A stretch of DNA of 63,811 nt, filler included, from Olpidium bornovanus S191 (Eukaryota; Fungi; Olpidiomycota), in the NCBI GenBank assembly GCA_017911155.1. It is 33 parts of 33 records of this genome, joined end to end, with 100 filler letters (N's around TTAATTAATTAA, not from the genome) between each part and the next. Parts side by side here need not be neighbours in the genome. Positions count along the whole stretch, not along the records: positions 35,746 to 37,737 come from JAEFCI010011460.1; positions 37,838 to 39,743 come from JAEFCI010009094.1; positions 39,844 to 42,143 come from JAEFCI010002280.1; positions 42,244 to 45,017 come from JAEFCI010003406.1; positions 45,118 to 47,049 come from JAEFCI010010642.1; 28 more parts are not named here. One strand, given 5' to 3'. Below, piece after piece: positions 36,361-47,001 of the stretch (position 1 is its first letter; each line of letters opens with the position of its first letter). The notes beneath the pieces were generated by a model, which was not told the DNA's origin, ran no database searches, and worked only from the letters and a program-made list of their open reading frames with translations. The position numbers were made by a program, and so were the translations under genes.

Positions 36361-37611
36361 GACAGTTCCGGCCGTTTCCCATGCGGGCCGTCTTCCCCGC
36401 CGTTTGACCTTGAGAAGGAGTTGCCCGCCAGCTCGGTACTGGTATGACAGGATACCTTCGATGGCTTGTTCGTCCTCTTTGGGCGCTTCCACGTGTGTTT
36501 CCGTGGTTATTTCCGCGGGTTCCGCTGCTTCAAAGTCAGCGGGGGGCGTAGGGTCGGTGCTCGTCTACGGTCACGTCGAATCGCTCAACAATTTGGTCGG
36601 AACTTGGGTCCCAGAGTCTGTACGCTTTACTGGTCCTTGAGTAGCCGACCAATACCAGCTTCTCTGCGGTAGGAGCAAGTTTTCCGGGTTTCCGTTCGTC
36701 CTTTAAGAGATGAGAGTTGATGGTGCTCCCGATAATGCGCAGTTGGTCCAAGTTCAGCTTTTCTTTATGGAATTCGACGTGCGGGATTCCTCCGCCGAGG
36801 TGTTTATGGGGAAACCTGCTGTAGAGGTGTATCATGGTTCCTCAGACTTCGTCCCATAGCTTTTGGGGCAACTTGGCGGCGACCATGGTTGACCTTGCTC
36901 GGTCTGCCAGCGTTCTATTGATTCTTTCGGCGATCCCATTTTGTTGCGGCGTCTCGCGGACTGTGGTCTCTATGCGTTTTCCGTGGGCTTTTAACCACTC
37001 CTGGTAGGAATCGCTCATGAACTCTCCGCCGCGGTCAGAACGGTGCACCTTGATGGGGTACCCATGCTTTTCGATGAACGGGACGTAGTCCTCCAAGGCG
37101 GCTTGCGTAAGGGCACTGCTCTTGGTGGGCATGAAGTATCCTTGTGCGCTTGGGCCCTACAAAGGTTAGGGTGTATCTGTTGCCATGGATCAAAGTTTTA
37201 CATCATGCACTGAAATTGATGCACGAGTTGACGAAGGCACAGCATGACAAAAGATACTGCAACGCCGTGCACACATGTCTTAACAGGCCCGTGGGCCTGC
37301 CATACTCTCATCGTGCTCGCAAAAGTTTGGCGGCAGAAGGGCCACTTCCCGATGTCACATTTTTTTGTGCGCCGGTGAGATTGCGAACGCGAGCTACATT
37401 TCAGCATTATTGCAGACGGATAAGGTGTTCCACCAAGTTCACTGACGTCATGATCAACTCCCGCCTCGTCAGCAACACATCCTGTGCAATCAGTCGGTCT
37501 CTTTATCGCAAAAGCAGCCCTTGGCTCCAGTGCAAGATCCAGCACCAAGTTGAACGGAGGGCCTGGACACCCCGAGAGGACCGCGTGGGGCGTAGAACGG
37601 CAACGGTCCAC
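36361..37611 (-). mobile_element. Degenerate Ty1/copia pol: integrase core, retroviral SH3 domain and chromodomain-like segment
   Basis: HGNRYTLTFV, YFMPTKSSAL, IKVHRSDRGGEF, TPQQNGIAERINRTLADRARS, then a premature TGA at 36842-36844. Next KLAPTAEKLVLVGYSRTSKAYRLWDP...DVTVDE, a frameshift in the C6 run near 36541, and QAIEGILSYQYRAGGQLLLKVKRRGRRPAWETAGTV. Confidence 0.88.
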
Positions 37612-37837
37612 AATTCTACGAGGCGTAATCCAAGCGCATTCGAAAGAGTCAACGTGAATTGCAGAAAGCGCGGCTGAATGCGCAGCTCCTTTTTGGCCCT
37701 ATTTCGTTTTATGGGCGACCAACGTCGGGCAGCATGGNNNNNNNNNNNNNNNNNNNNNNNNNNNNNNNNNNNNNNNNNNNNTTAATTAATTAANNNNNNN
37801 NNNNNNNNNNNNNNNNNNNNNNNNNNNNNNNNNNNNN

Positions 37838-38992
37838 AGAAAGGCGGCGGCGGGGAAGGAGGCCGGCGGCCGCAAGAGAGAGCCGAACCCGAACAACCCT
37901 TTCAACGCTCCGCTGCAGCTGTCGGAGCCGCTCGCGGCGCTCGTCGGAGCGACGGAGGTGAGATTTGCACGTTTCTGTTTCTCTTTTTTTTTCATTTTTT
38001 TTTTCATTTTTTATTTCCTTTTTTTTTCTTTTTTTCCTTTTTTTTTCCTTTTTTTTTCTTTTTTTCCTTTTTTTTTCCTTTTTTTTTCTTTTTTTCCTTT
38101 TTTTTTCATTTTTATTTTCAATTTTTTTTCATTTTTTTTTCATTTTTTTAGTTCATTTTTGCCTCTCATCCGTGTGCCCTTGTTCGGTTTTCTATCCTCG
38201 TACGAGCGGTTTTTCGAAAACTGTGCTTAGTTTTGCCGATGTTTATTCCCGTCTTGTTCGCGCGTTTCTGTTTCGGATCAATTCGTTCTTTTTCCTTTCA
38301 TTTCAGATCAATCCGGTCTTTCTTTCCTTTTCCGTTTCGTTTTTGACTTTTTTTTTCTTTTTTTCCTTTTTGCCTTGTTCGGTTCCTTTCCTCGTAGGAG
38401 TGTTTTCGAAAACTGCTTTTTTGCCGATGTTTATCCACGTCCTTTTTTTAATTTTTCTTTTCCGTTTCGTTTTTGAATTTTTTTTAAACTTCTTGCCCTT
38501 GTTCGGTTCCTTTCCTCGTACGAGTGTTTTCGAAAACTGTTCTTTTTTTGTCAATGTTTATCCCCGTCCTTTTTTGACTTTTTTTTATTTCCTTTTCGGT
38601 CTTGTTCGGTTTCGCCCCTTGTGCGAATTGTTGTTTAATTTTCATGCTGAGGATGACTTACATTTCCGCGCCCTCGCGTCCAGCTCTCAAGACCACAGAT
38701 CGTCAAGGCCATCTGGGCCTACATTAAGGACAAGGGCCTGCAAGACGAGAGCGACAAGCGGTACATCGTGTGCGACGCCCGGCTCACGTCCCTGTTTGAC
38801 ACCGACCGCGTGCACATGTTCACCATGAACAAACTCATCAGCAAGCACGTCGACAAGGACGGCGGAAAGCGCGCGAAAGACGACGGCGGCAGGCAGACCG
38901 GTGAGGCGCCGGCGCCGGCGCCGCCGCCGCCGTCGTCGTCCCCGCGGCCGCCGCAGCAGCCGCCGCCGCCGCCGCCGATGTTGTCAACGTGA
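37838..38992 (+). CDS. SWIB/MDM2-domain protein (UAF30/Spp27-like), 5'-truncated
   Basis: Exons 37838-37957 and 38684-38992: NPFNAPLQLSEPLAALVGATE|LSRPQIVKAIWAYIKDKGLQDESDKRYIVCDARLTSLFDTDRVHMFTMNKLISKH. Confidence 0.92.
38176..38575. repeat. Three diverged ~75-nt repeats inside a T-rich intron, each with a central TTTTCGAAAA palindrome
   Basis: CTTGTTCGGTT...TCCTCGTA(C/G)GAG..TTTTCGAAAACTG...ATGTTTAT.CC.CGTC recurs near 38178, 38373 and 38497. Palindromes at 38211-38220, 38402-38413 and 38526-38537. Confidence 0.8.
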
Positions 38993-39843
38993 TTTTTCTC
39001 TTTTCTTTTCTTTTTTTTTTTTTTTTTTTTTTTTCCCGGACGGGGAAAAAAAGACTTTTTTTTTCGGGTCACGGGGGACGGGTCCGTCCGTCCCCTCCTG
39101 AAAATTTTTGTCTTCCGCGCTCGTTTCGTTGCCCCATCCTCTCTGTTCTCTGTTCCCGAGGGGACCGGGAGGGGGTGGGGGGAAATGGGTGGCGGGTAGA
39201 GCCGGCGGTATTTAGGAAGCGCGCGCGCGCGCTTCCGTCTGATTTTTTTTTTTTTTTTTCCCCTGAATTTTTTTTTCCGGTTTTTCCTTTCGTTTTTCTT
39301 TTTTTTGTTTCTCAGACCGGGGGGCGTGGACGGGGACAGGGACGGAGACGGAGACGGAGACGGGGACGGAGACGGGGACGGGGTGGGGCGGGGGAGAGCA
39401 TTGAGAGGGTGGCCGGAGAAGGAAGAGTTTGGCGGACGATTTGGCCCCATGGGCGGGGGCTCTCTTCCCCCACTTTCCCTCCTGCACCGCCCGGATCCGA
39501 AAACCTGAAAAATCAACCACCTCGCCGGGGCTGCGATTCAAATCGCATAATAATCGGAGTTGCGCAGACCGCGCCGCCGCCGCCGCCGCCGCCGCCTCCT
39601 TCCCTCCTTGTCCTCCTCCTCCCCCACCCCCTCCCCCCCCCCCCCCCCCCCCCCCCCAGAGAGGCGCCTCGCTGCGATCGCCTCTGAGCTCTTCTTCTTC
39701 CTCCCCCCCCCTCCGGCGCCTGCCTCCGTCGCGTCCCCTTTCCNNNNNNNNNNNNNNNNNNNNNNNNNNNNNNNNNNNNNNNNNNNNTTAATTAATTAAN
39801 NNNNNNNNNNNNNNNNNNNNNNNNNNNNNNNNNNNNNNNNNNN

Positions 39844-41559
39844 GCATCCGCCGGCCGTCCGGCTGGAGGCGGCGAGGTTCGTCCGTCGCGTCTGCGAAGC
39901 GTCGACGTTGAGCTTGCAGATGTTTGTCAGCGGGCGCGGGCTCCGAGTGCTGGCGGCGTTCATGACGGAGAACTACCGGCAACACCGGGAATTCGTGTTC
40001 ACCGCCGTCAACGGGGTCACGAGCGTGTTCGACCTTCAGGTTTGTCCGGAGAACGCGGGGGAAAGGGTGGGTGGATCGCCCGCCCGCAAGTTTGATCTAA
40101 ACCACCCGCCCCCCTCAAACCCCGCATGCAGGGCCTGATACCCAAGAACGACTTTTGTCGCCTCCTAGCAAACTGCGGGATCCTCCAACCGCTGGCGAGA
40201 ACTCTCACGGCCCTCACCAAGGATCCGACGGAAGACGCGGGGCGGCTGATAGCACGCGTGGTTGGGCTGCTGGTCGTCTTCTCTCAGTCGGACACGAAAG
40301 TGAAAGAAATGCTTGGCACTCGGCGAGGGATCAAATGTGAGCTACCGACCCCCGTTTCGCCTCACTACATCTCCCGCCTTACAACCATTTTGGAGTCGAA
40401 CCTGAACCATAAAAAAACAACCAAAAAACAGGCATCTTGCAGGAAGTTGACAACGTGGCCTCACCACAGACGCTGGGGTTGGTGAAGTGCATAAAAAATC
40501 TTTCGATGCTGCCGACTGCATTGGATATTCTCGAAAAACAAGGTACAATCAGTACTCTCACGAAGCTCCTGTACCGGAAAGAAGGGCCGTTTACCACTGT
40601 CAGTACCACACACACACACACTCTCTCTCTCCCTTCACCCCTTCTTCCCCCCTCCTGCGCGCCACCGAAAAGCGCAGGCTCTAATGGCTTTTTTTATACG
40701 GACGGCTTGCCCGCAACCGGCACAGGAGATACGCAGTCAGGTGCTGAACGCTCTCTATAACCTGTGCCGGCTAAATCGGCGACGGCAGATAGAGACGGCA
40801 CAAGCCGGCGCAATACCTGCGCTCCAGCTCCTGGTGCTGTCCAACAGCCCGTTTAAGCAGTTCGCGCTTCCGATTTTGTGTGACATGGTCCACGCCGGAA
40901 GCCAGTGCCGAAACATCCTCCGGGAGAAAGGGGACGTGAGCTTTTACCTCGGCCTGCTCAGCGATCCTTATTGGCAAGTAAATGCCCTCGAAGCCGTCAA
41001 CGCATGGTAAGACGGTCCCCACCGCTGTTAAATGGCGGGCAATATTGCTTTTTTATTATAATTTTTTCTTTTTGCTTGGCGTTCCAAACCGCTTTTCCGG
41101 ATCTGCGCCCATTTTTTTTTTCATTTAAACAAAAAAAGGCTTTCCGACGAGGACGACAGGGAACACGCCCGCATCGCGAACAAACTCGCCGAGCCCGCCT
41201 CGCTGGACCTGTTGTCCAAGGCCTTGCTGACGGCGCGCTCGGCGGGCCTGGAGAAGCTGCTGGAGCAAGTATACAAGCTCATAATGAAAGCGCGGAAGCT
41301 CGGCCCGCTCCTCCTGGCGCGCCAGGGCGTGCTGCCCCGGATCTGCGAGAAGCTGGACGCCCCGCAGGCCCAGATAAGACTCGGCGTGCTGCGGATGGTG
41401 AGCTCCGTGGCGGAGTCCTCGGTCGGCTGTCCGGGACTCGCCGCGAGCCCGGAGCTGCGCCGGAAGGTGAAGAAGCTCGCGTCGGACGACCCCGGGCTTT
41501 TGGTCCGGGAGCTCTCCGCCAAGGTCCAATCGCGGCTGTGGCCCAACGAGATCGTCTAG
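39844..41559 (+). CDS. sepH: Septation/mitotic-exit kinase SepH/Cdc7(pombe)/Cdc15, C-terminal ARM-like half, 5'-truncated
   Basis: Exons 39844-40039, 40132-40336, 40432-40598, 40725-41006 and 41139-41559. Motifs VRLEAARFVR, LQMFVSGRGLRVL, VFDLQ|GLIPKNDFCRLL, KCIKNLSM, QVLNALYNLCRLNRRRQ, KQFALPILCDMVHAG and YWQVNALEAV. Confidence 0.9.
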
Positions 41560-42391
41560 CCAACAAAACGCAAGAAAGTTCCCTACTTGTGGGGAAGGGA
41601 GGGGCGGTGGGACGGGCAGTGGGAGGAGGGCCACGAACTCCGGGGAACATTCCCGGTTCAATTCCTTCTTTTTTTTTTTCCTTTTTTTTTTTCCCGCCCC
41701 TCTCAGCCGATCCATCACGTAAAGGCTACATCGCACATTAGGGGATATCATCGCCGGCCTGGAGTAGAAAGCTTCTGGTCTAACAATTCCTTCCTCCTTT
41801 TCTCTTCCCCGAATTTTTCTCTATTTCTCTCTCTGTCTCGTGGGCCCTCCATGAGATTAAATTAATCCATGTACTTATTCCTTTTCATCATACCATTTAA
41901 CAACCGGAGTCGACCCCGAGGCGGGGGTAATAATCCCGTGCGTTTTACGGGGTAAGAGGACGGCGGCGCACGCCCCCGCCGTTCGCGGCAGGAAAGCAAG
42001 AAAAAACCGGAAAAAAAAGGGGTGCGGCGTTCCTTTTATTTCTTTTTCTCGTTGTCGGGTTAAACACCAAACTTAAGCACTGGTTCGACCAGCGCACGCA
42101 AAACCCTAGGGTAAACCGTGGTGCCATCTCTGAGGGAGCGAAANNNNNNNNNNNNNNNNNNNNNNNNNNNNNNNNNNNNNNNNNNNNTTAATTAATTAAN
42201 NNNNNNNNNNNNNNNNNNNNNNNNNNNNNNNNNNNNNNNNNNNCATGCGGTGCTACAAGCCATTTCTGCTTTGGTCAGGCGGGCCGGCAATTATGTACAG
42301 TTACGATTGATGCGCGCTTTGAAATTAATTTCAAAGAGCTGCTAGGATATCATACAGCTTCCACCCACACAAATGCAGATAAAGATTCCCG

Positions 42392-43366
42392 CTATACACC
42401 AAAGGAGGCCCCGCAGCCGCAGCCGGTGACGGCCTTGGGATTCTTTGTTATGCGAAATGCCGAGCCGATGAGTTCCTGAATGTAGTCCAACGTGGAACCC
42501 TCGATAAATGGCAGCGACACCGTGTCAACGACGACACGAGACGCGTGCTTCTCGAACAGCCTAACATCGCCAAATTGTAAGTAGATAAACGTGAGCGGCG
42601 CATTTAGTACACCGGAAGCAGGTGAACGGCGGCCGGGCGCGACAGTTCAAAACCCACACATCGTCTTTTTCCAATTTCGTGGTCAACTCCAGACGGTACT
42701 GAAAACCATGGCAACCCCCGCTCTCGACCGTGATGCGCAGCGCCTGGTCCGGCGCTCCCTCCTTTTCCGCCAAATACTTCAATTGCTAGAGCGTCCGAAT
42801 TGGCCAGGCGCGTAGACCGCGACACGGTGACGAGCGGTCAAAGACGCCGAGGTACGGGAAAAACGGCCGGACAACTGTGAATCTTTCAGTGCTCCGCACT
42901 GGTCCGGGAAGAAGACTTGGAAAGTCCCAAACTCTGCCCCGCCCACCTTTGCAGCCTGGTCCGTGATGGTCAGCTCGTCGTCCGTTCCGATGCGCGATAC
43001 CGTGAACTGCGCGCCTCCTGCGGCGCACGGCGTCGCGGCGACCGTGGTGAGGGGAAGCGCAAACGTCGGCTGCGCAGCCCTCTGCCACGGACGCCCCGAG
43101 GACCGGAGGACAGCAAGCGGGCCCCACAGTGGCGACGACACCCGGCGGATTTTTCCCGAGCGGCAACAGGGCCGTTCCGCGCAAAACGGCTCCGGGCGGC
43201 CAGCTGTGCAGCATCGGGACAGGCCGGACGCGAAGCCACGGAGGAGAACGGCGACGCCCAGGGGTGACGCCGCTCTTCGAGCTGCCGCTGCCACTCGCGA
43301 CTTTGAAGCGGGCCGCGGCAGGAAGATGCGCTGCATCCGTAAGGCTGTTGGTGTGGTGTGACTCAT
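42392..43366 (-). CDS. ISA2: Mitochondrial A-type iron-sulfur cluster assembly protein Isa2 (complete)
   Basis: Exons 43366-42947, 42785-42658 and 42560-42392. Long presequence, then LTITDQAAK|QLKY...LRITVESGGCHGFQY...VVVDTVSLPFIEGSTLDYIQELIGSAF...GCGCGASF. Confidence 0.95.
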
Positions 43367-43703
43367 TCGCGAAAGCTGGCGCTGCCGTCCTACCACCCCA
43401 GGACCTCTGCTCGCCTGGCCCGCGCTTGATGCCGCTGCTCCTGCTGCTGCTGCTGGCGAGTCGCCGTATCGTCCAGTCAGAAAGGCATCCCGCGTTTTCC
43501 GTTGTGACGCGGCCAGAAGGCCGGGGAGGGTTGGCTGGTTTGTCTCATGGGAGCTGGTCCACATGCCGGCCGGCTCGCGGCTGGTCAGTCACGTGACTTG
43601 CGAACGGGTCTTGCAGCGCTCCCTCAACTTACACAACACTGATAACTTTTGACGACGGAGAAAACGCGACTGCCCGGCGGGCCCGAACCGCATGCAAAGG
43701 AAA

Positions 43704-44375
43704 TCAACAATTCTCCCCTCTGCCATCCCCACCGAATGTGCGGAAAATCAAACATCCGAAGTGCTGTCCGGTTCGGTTTGTACGCATGTTCCATGATCCG
43801 AATGTAGTCTCCAAAAACCTCAAGGAACTAGCAGGCGTTGCCGTCAAGCTCGGCCGGCTGCCTGAAGCCGTAGAAAGCGCCGCAGAGTCATATAATCTTC
43901 CCTGGCCCAGAATTTGCTGACAGTCGCACCCGGAGGAATCTGCAAGTAAGTTTCTTCCGGTGGCGTCCCATTCAGGTAGGCTGCAGCAACGTCTGTAAAC
44001 TCCATCTGTATTCCGTCGTGTGCTGCAAGGTGCGAAGCGCACCCTGAGCGTCACCAGGCAAACGACGGGTGCGAACGCCCCCGTGTAGTCGATACTGGTG
44101 TGGGAAAAACCGAGTGCAAACATGACGCGTTTTCCCATTCTTTGAGACTGCCGTCGGGGCAGAATGCTTGTGGTATAAATCCATCTGCTGCCAATGACCT
44201 TGCGTCCTGGAGGGAGATCGACGACGGGTCCCGCCCATCTTCTGTTCTGGGGCGTGTACGTCGAGCTCGTTCTCAATGACGTGAATGCAGGCTTTGAACG
44301 AAGGGCTACCCAATACGCCCCGAAACTGACTAGATCTCGCCAATAACTCACCGAACGCTGTTGGCTTCCTTGATG
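43704..44375 (-). mobile_element. Degenerate Ty1/copia reverse transcriptase relic (copy A)
   Basis: KPTAFGELL (EP-like motif), VVDLPPGRKVIGSRWIY, FALGFSHTSIDYTGAFAPVVCLVTLR: RVT_2-type motifs with deletions and frameshifts. Confidence 0.82.
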
Positions 44376-44390
44376 AAATTGAACATTGCC

Positions 44391-45017
44391 CACGAAATTG
44401 CCAAAATCGCCTCTCACCGAGGTGCCGGTGCTGAGCTCGAATTAAGATTTGGTGGAACGGATATGGTCCTGCTGACGACACCTGGGAGCCCGCCAAACAT
44501 GTTGATGGGCGCAATGATGAGATTCGATTATACTGTGCTCGCAAACACTTTAACTTTCCCATCGCTGCTCTCGCTTTCACTGCGACACTACCGGCGTATC
44601 CACCAGAACCTCGCAACTTTCGCTGACGCGATGCGCTTTCCACAAAGCTGGTCATTAAAGCGCAGCTGCTGAGAAGAAATTCAACAGTACGTTAGACATA
44701 GGCGTTTACATTCTGGTGTTGCCGCCACCCCATGTCAATATCATTAGTACCAAATTAGACACAAACTAGATGATGGTCACTCCGTCTAGAAGGATCGTGC
44801 TCGATGGGTAGCACGAGGGCTCTCCCAACAAGGGAATGCCCACTATGACATAACCTACATCCCCGTCGCTGCCTATACCTCCATTCACATCGTCCTCGCC
44901 ATGGCCGTTTGGAATAGTTGGATCATCTGGGCCAGCAACATTCCCGTCACGTGCCTACACACCCCAATTGACTCATCTCCTTTACGCGACTCAGCCCGAA
45001 GGCTTTTTCAATCCTGC
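44391..45017 (+). mobile_element. Degenerate Ty1/copia pol relic (copy B): chromodomain followed by the RT N-terminus
   Basis: [17 protein letters not shown] / (1-nt shift) [28 protein letters not shown]...PPEPRNF. Then ADAM..., EEIQQY, DIGVYILVLPPPHVNIISTK, RARWVARGLSQ, YDITYIPVA and YATQPEGF, with stops and frameshifts. Confidence 0.87.
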
Positions 45018-45122
45018 NNNNNNNNNNNNNNNNNNNNNNNNNNNNNNNNNNNNNNNNNNNNTTAATTAATTAANNNNNNNNNNNNNNNNNNNNNNNNNNN
45101 NNNNNNNNNNNNNNNNNCCCCG

Positions 45123-45153
<31 letters not shown>

Positions 45154-45265
45154 CCCCCTCCAACCGTTCGCCGGGAAAAGAAACACGAGAACGCGAGATC
45201 GCCCCCCGTCGCCTCTGAGGTTTTGGCTTGCAGCGACCGCCGACGTCTCCCCGTACCCTCCAACC

Positions 45266-47001
45266 ATGGTAATAGCACCTCCTCCCCCTCCCTCCCCGCC
45301 CCCCACTTCCCCCCGGGACGCGCGGGAGGGTGAGGAGGGCACGGGCGGGCGAGTGCGCGGAACGGGAGGGCGCGGGGACTGCGGGAGAGCACGCGCCACC
45401 TCGCGTGAGGAGCGGCCGGGTGCCTGCTCCCCACGGGTTTGGTCCCAGTATCCGCGAAGGGGAAAAGCGAGGAAGGGGGGGGGGGGGGGAGGGGGGGGGG
45501 GGGGGGGGGGGGGGGCGGTGGACGGGATCACGCTGAGTCGCCTTGTTGCCTGGACGTGTTCCGAGACGGCCAGACGCGTTCCCTGGAAGTCGCCTCACTG
45601 CTCTGCGTTGCCGGCCGAGGGGGTCCCTTTTACACTCTGCCTTTTTGAGGATTTCCTTGTAGACCACAATTTTGAACTTGTCGGCGCTTTTTCCTGTCTC
45701 CTCCGCAGGATGAGACGTACGACGTCATCGTCCTCGGCACCGGCTTGGCCGAGTGCGTCCTCTCGGGACTGCTTTCTGTGGAAGGCAAGAAGGTCTTGCA
45801 CATCGACAGGAACGATTACTATGGAGGGGAGAGCGCGAGCTTAAACCTCACGCAGGTGGGTTGAGTTTCGTTTGTTTCGAAAAGCGCGCTGCATACACGC
45901 TGGACAAAGCGAACTTCTTGGCTGCGGAGCGAAGTTTGGATTTCCTTTGTCTTGCGAGGGAAAGGAAGCGCTTTGAGCCCGCAGCTGCCTAGTCCTATCG
46001 CCTGTATCCGAGTCTTTCGAGGAAAGAGACCCGAAATGCCTGTGTTGATAGTGGTGTTTTCCATTATTTTTTTGTTTTTTTTCTCAAAAATCTCTCCTCC
46101 AGCTTTACCGCAAGTTCCGTGACGGCCAGTCTCCGCCCTCCGAGCTCGGTCGTGACCGGGACTACAGTGTGGATCTGATACCCAAGTTCATGATGGCTAA
46201 TGGGGAGTTGGTTAAGGTGCTCACCCACACAGACGTGACCCGCTACCTTGAGTTCAAGCAGGTGGTCGGCTCTTTTGTGTACCGCGAAGGCCGCATCAGC
46301 AAGGTGCCTGCTTCGGAGATTGAGGCCGTCAAGAGCCCGCTCATGGGATTGTTCGAGAAGAGGCGAGCCAAGAAGTTTTTTGAGTTCATCCAGGACTGGA
46401 AAGATGCCGACCCGGAAACTCACCAGGGCATTAACCTCGACAACGCAACTATGGCCGACGTCTTTAAGAATTTTGGCCTGGAGCCTGGCACCCAGGATTT
46501 CATCGGTCACGCAATGGCTCTTCATCACGATGACGGGTAAAAAAGAGACGAAAAGAAAACGTGAAAAAAGTGTTCTGCGCTTGATTTCACCCCGCATGGA
46601 TGAAGCGCGACACGTTTTTGGATCCGGAGAATCTCCGATAAACGGATGACATCCTGCGTCGTACCACATCGCTTTCAGGTACCTTAACCGACCCGCGCGG
46701 GAAACATATGATCGTATCATGCTCTACGTCTCGTCAATGGCGCGCTACGGCAAGAGTCCGTACATTTACCCCCTTTATGGGCTCGGCGAGCTCCCGCAAG
46801 GTTTTGCTCGGTAAAGTCAGATTCGTCCATATGCAGCGGTTGCCGGAGTGAAAGATCAATGACAATTATGGTCTTTGTGAATTTTGGCGCATGTACGTTA
46901 GCTTGAGCGCTATATATGGTGGCACCTACATGCTGGACAAGAAGGTCGACGAGATTGTCTACGAGAACGGCATTGCCGTTGGAGTCCGGTCTGGAAATGA
47001 G
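45266..47001 (+). CDS. GDI1: Rab GDP-dissociation inhibitor, 3'-truncated
   Basis: Exons 45266-45268 (ATG only), 45709-45855, 46103-46536, 46679-46810 and 46902-47001. Motifs M|[61 protein letters not shown] and [19 protein letters not shown]|[11 protein letters not shown]. Confidence 0.97.
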
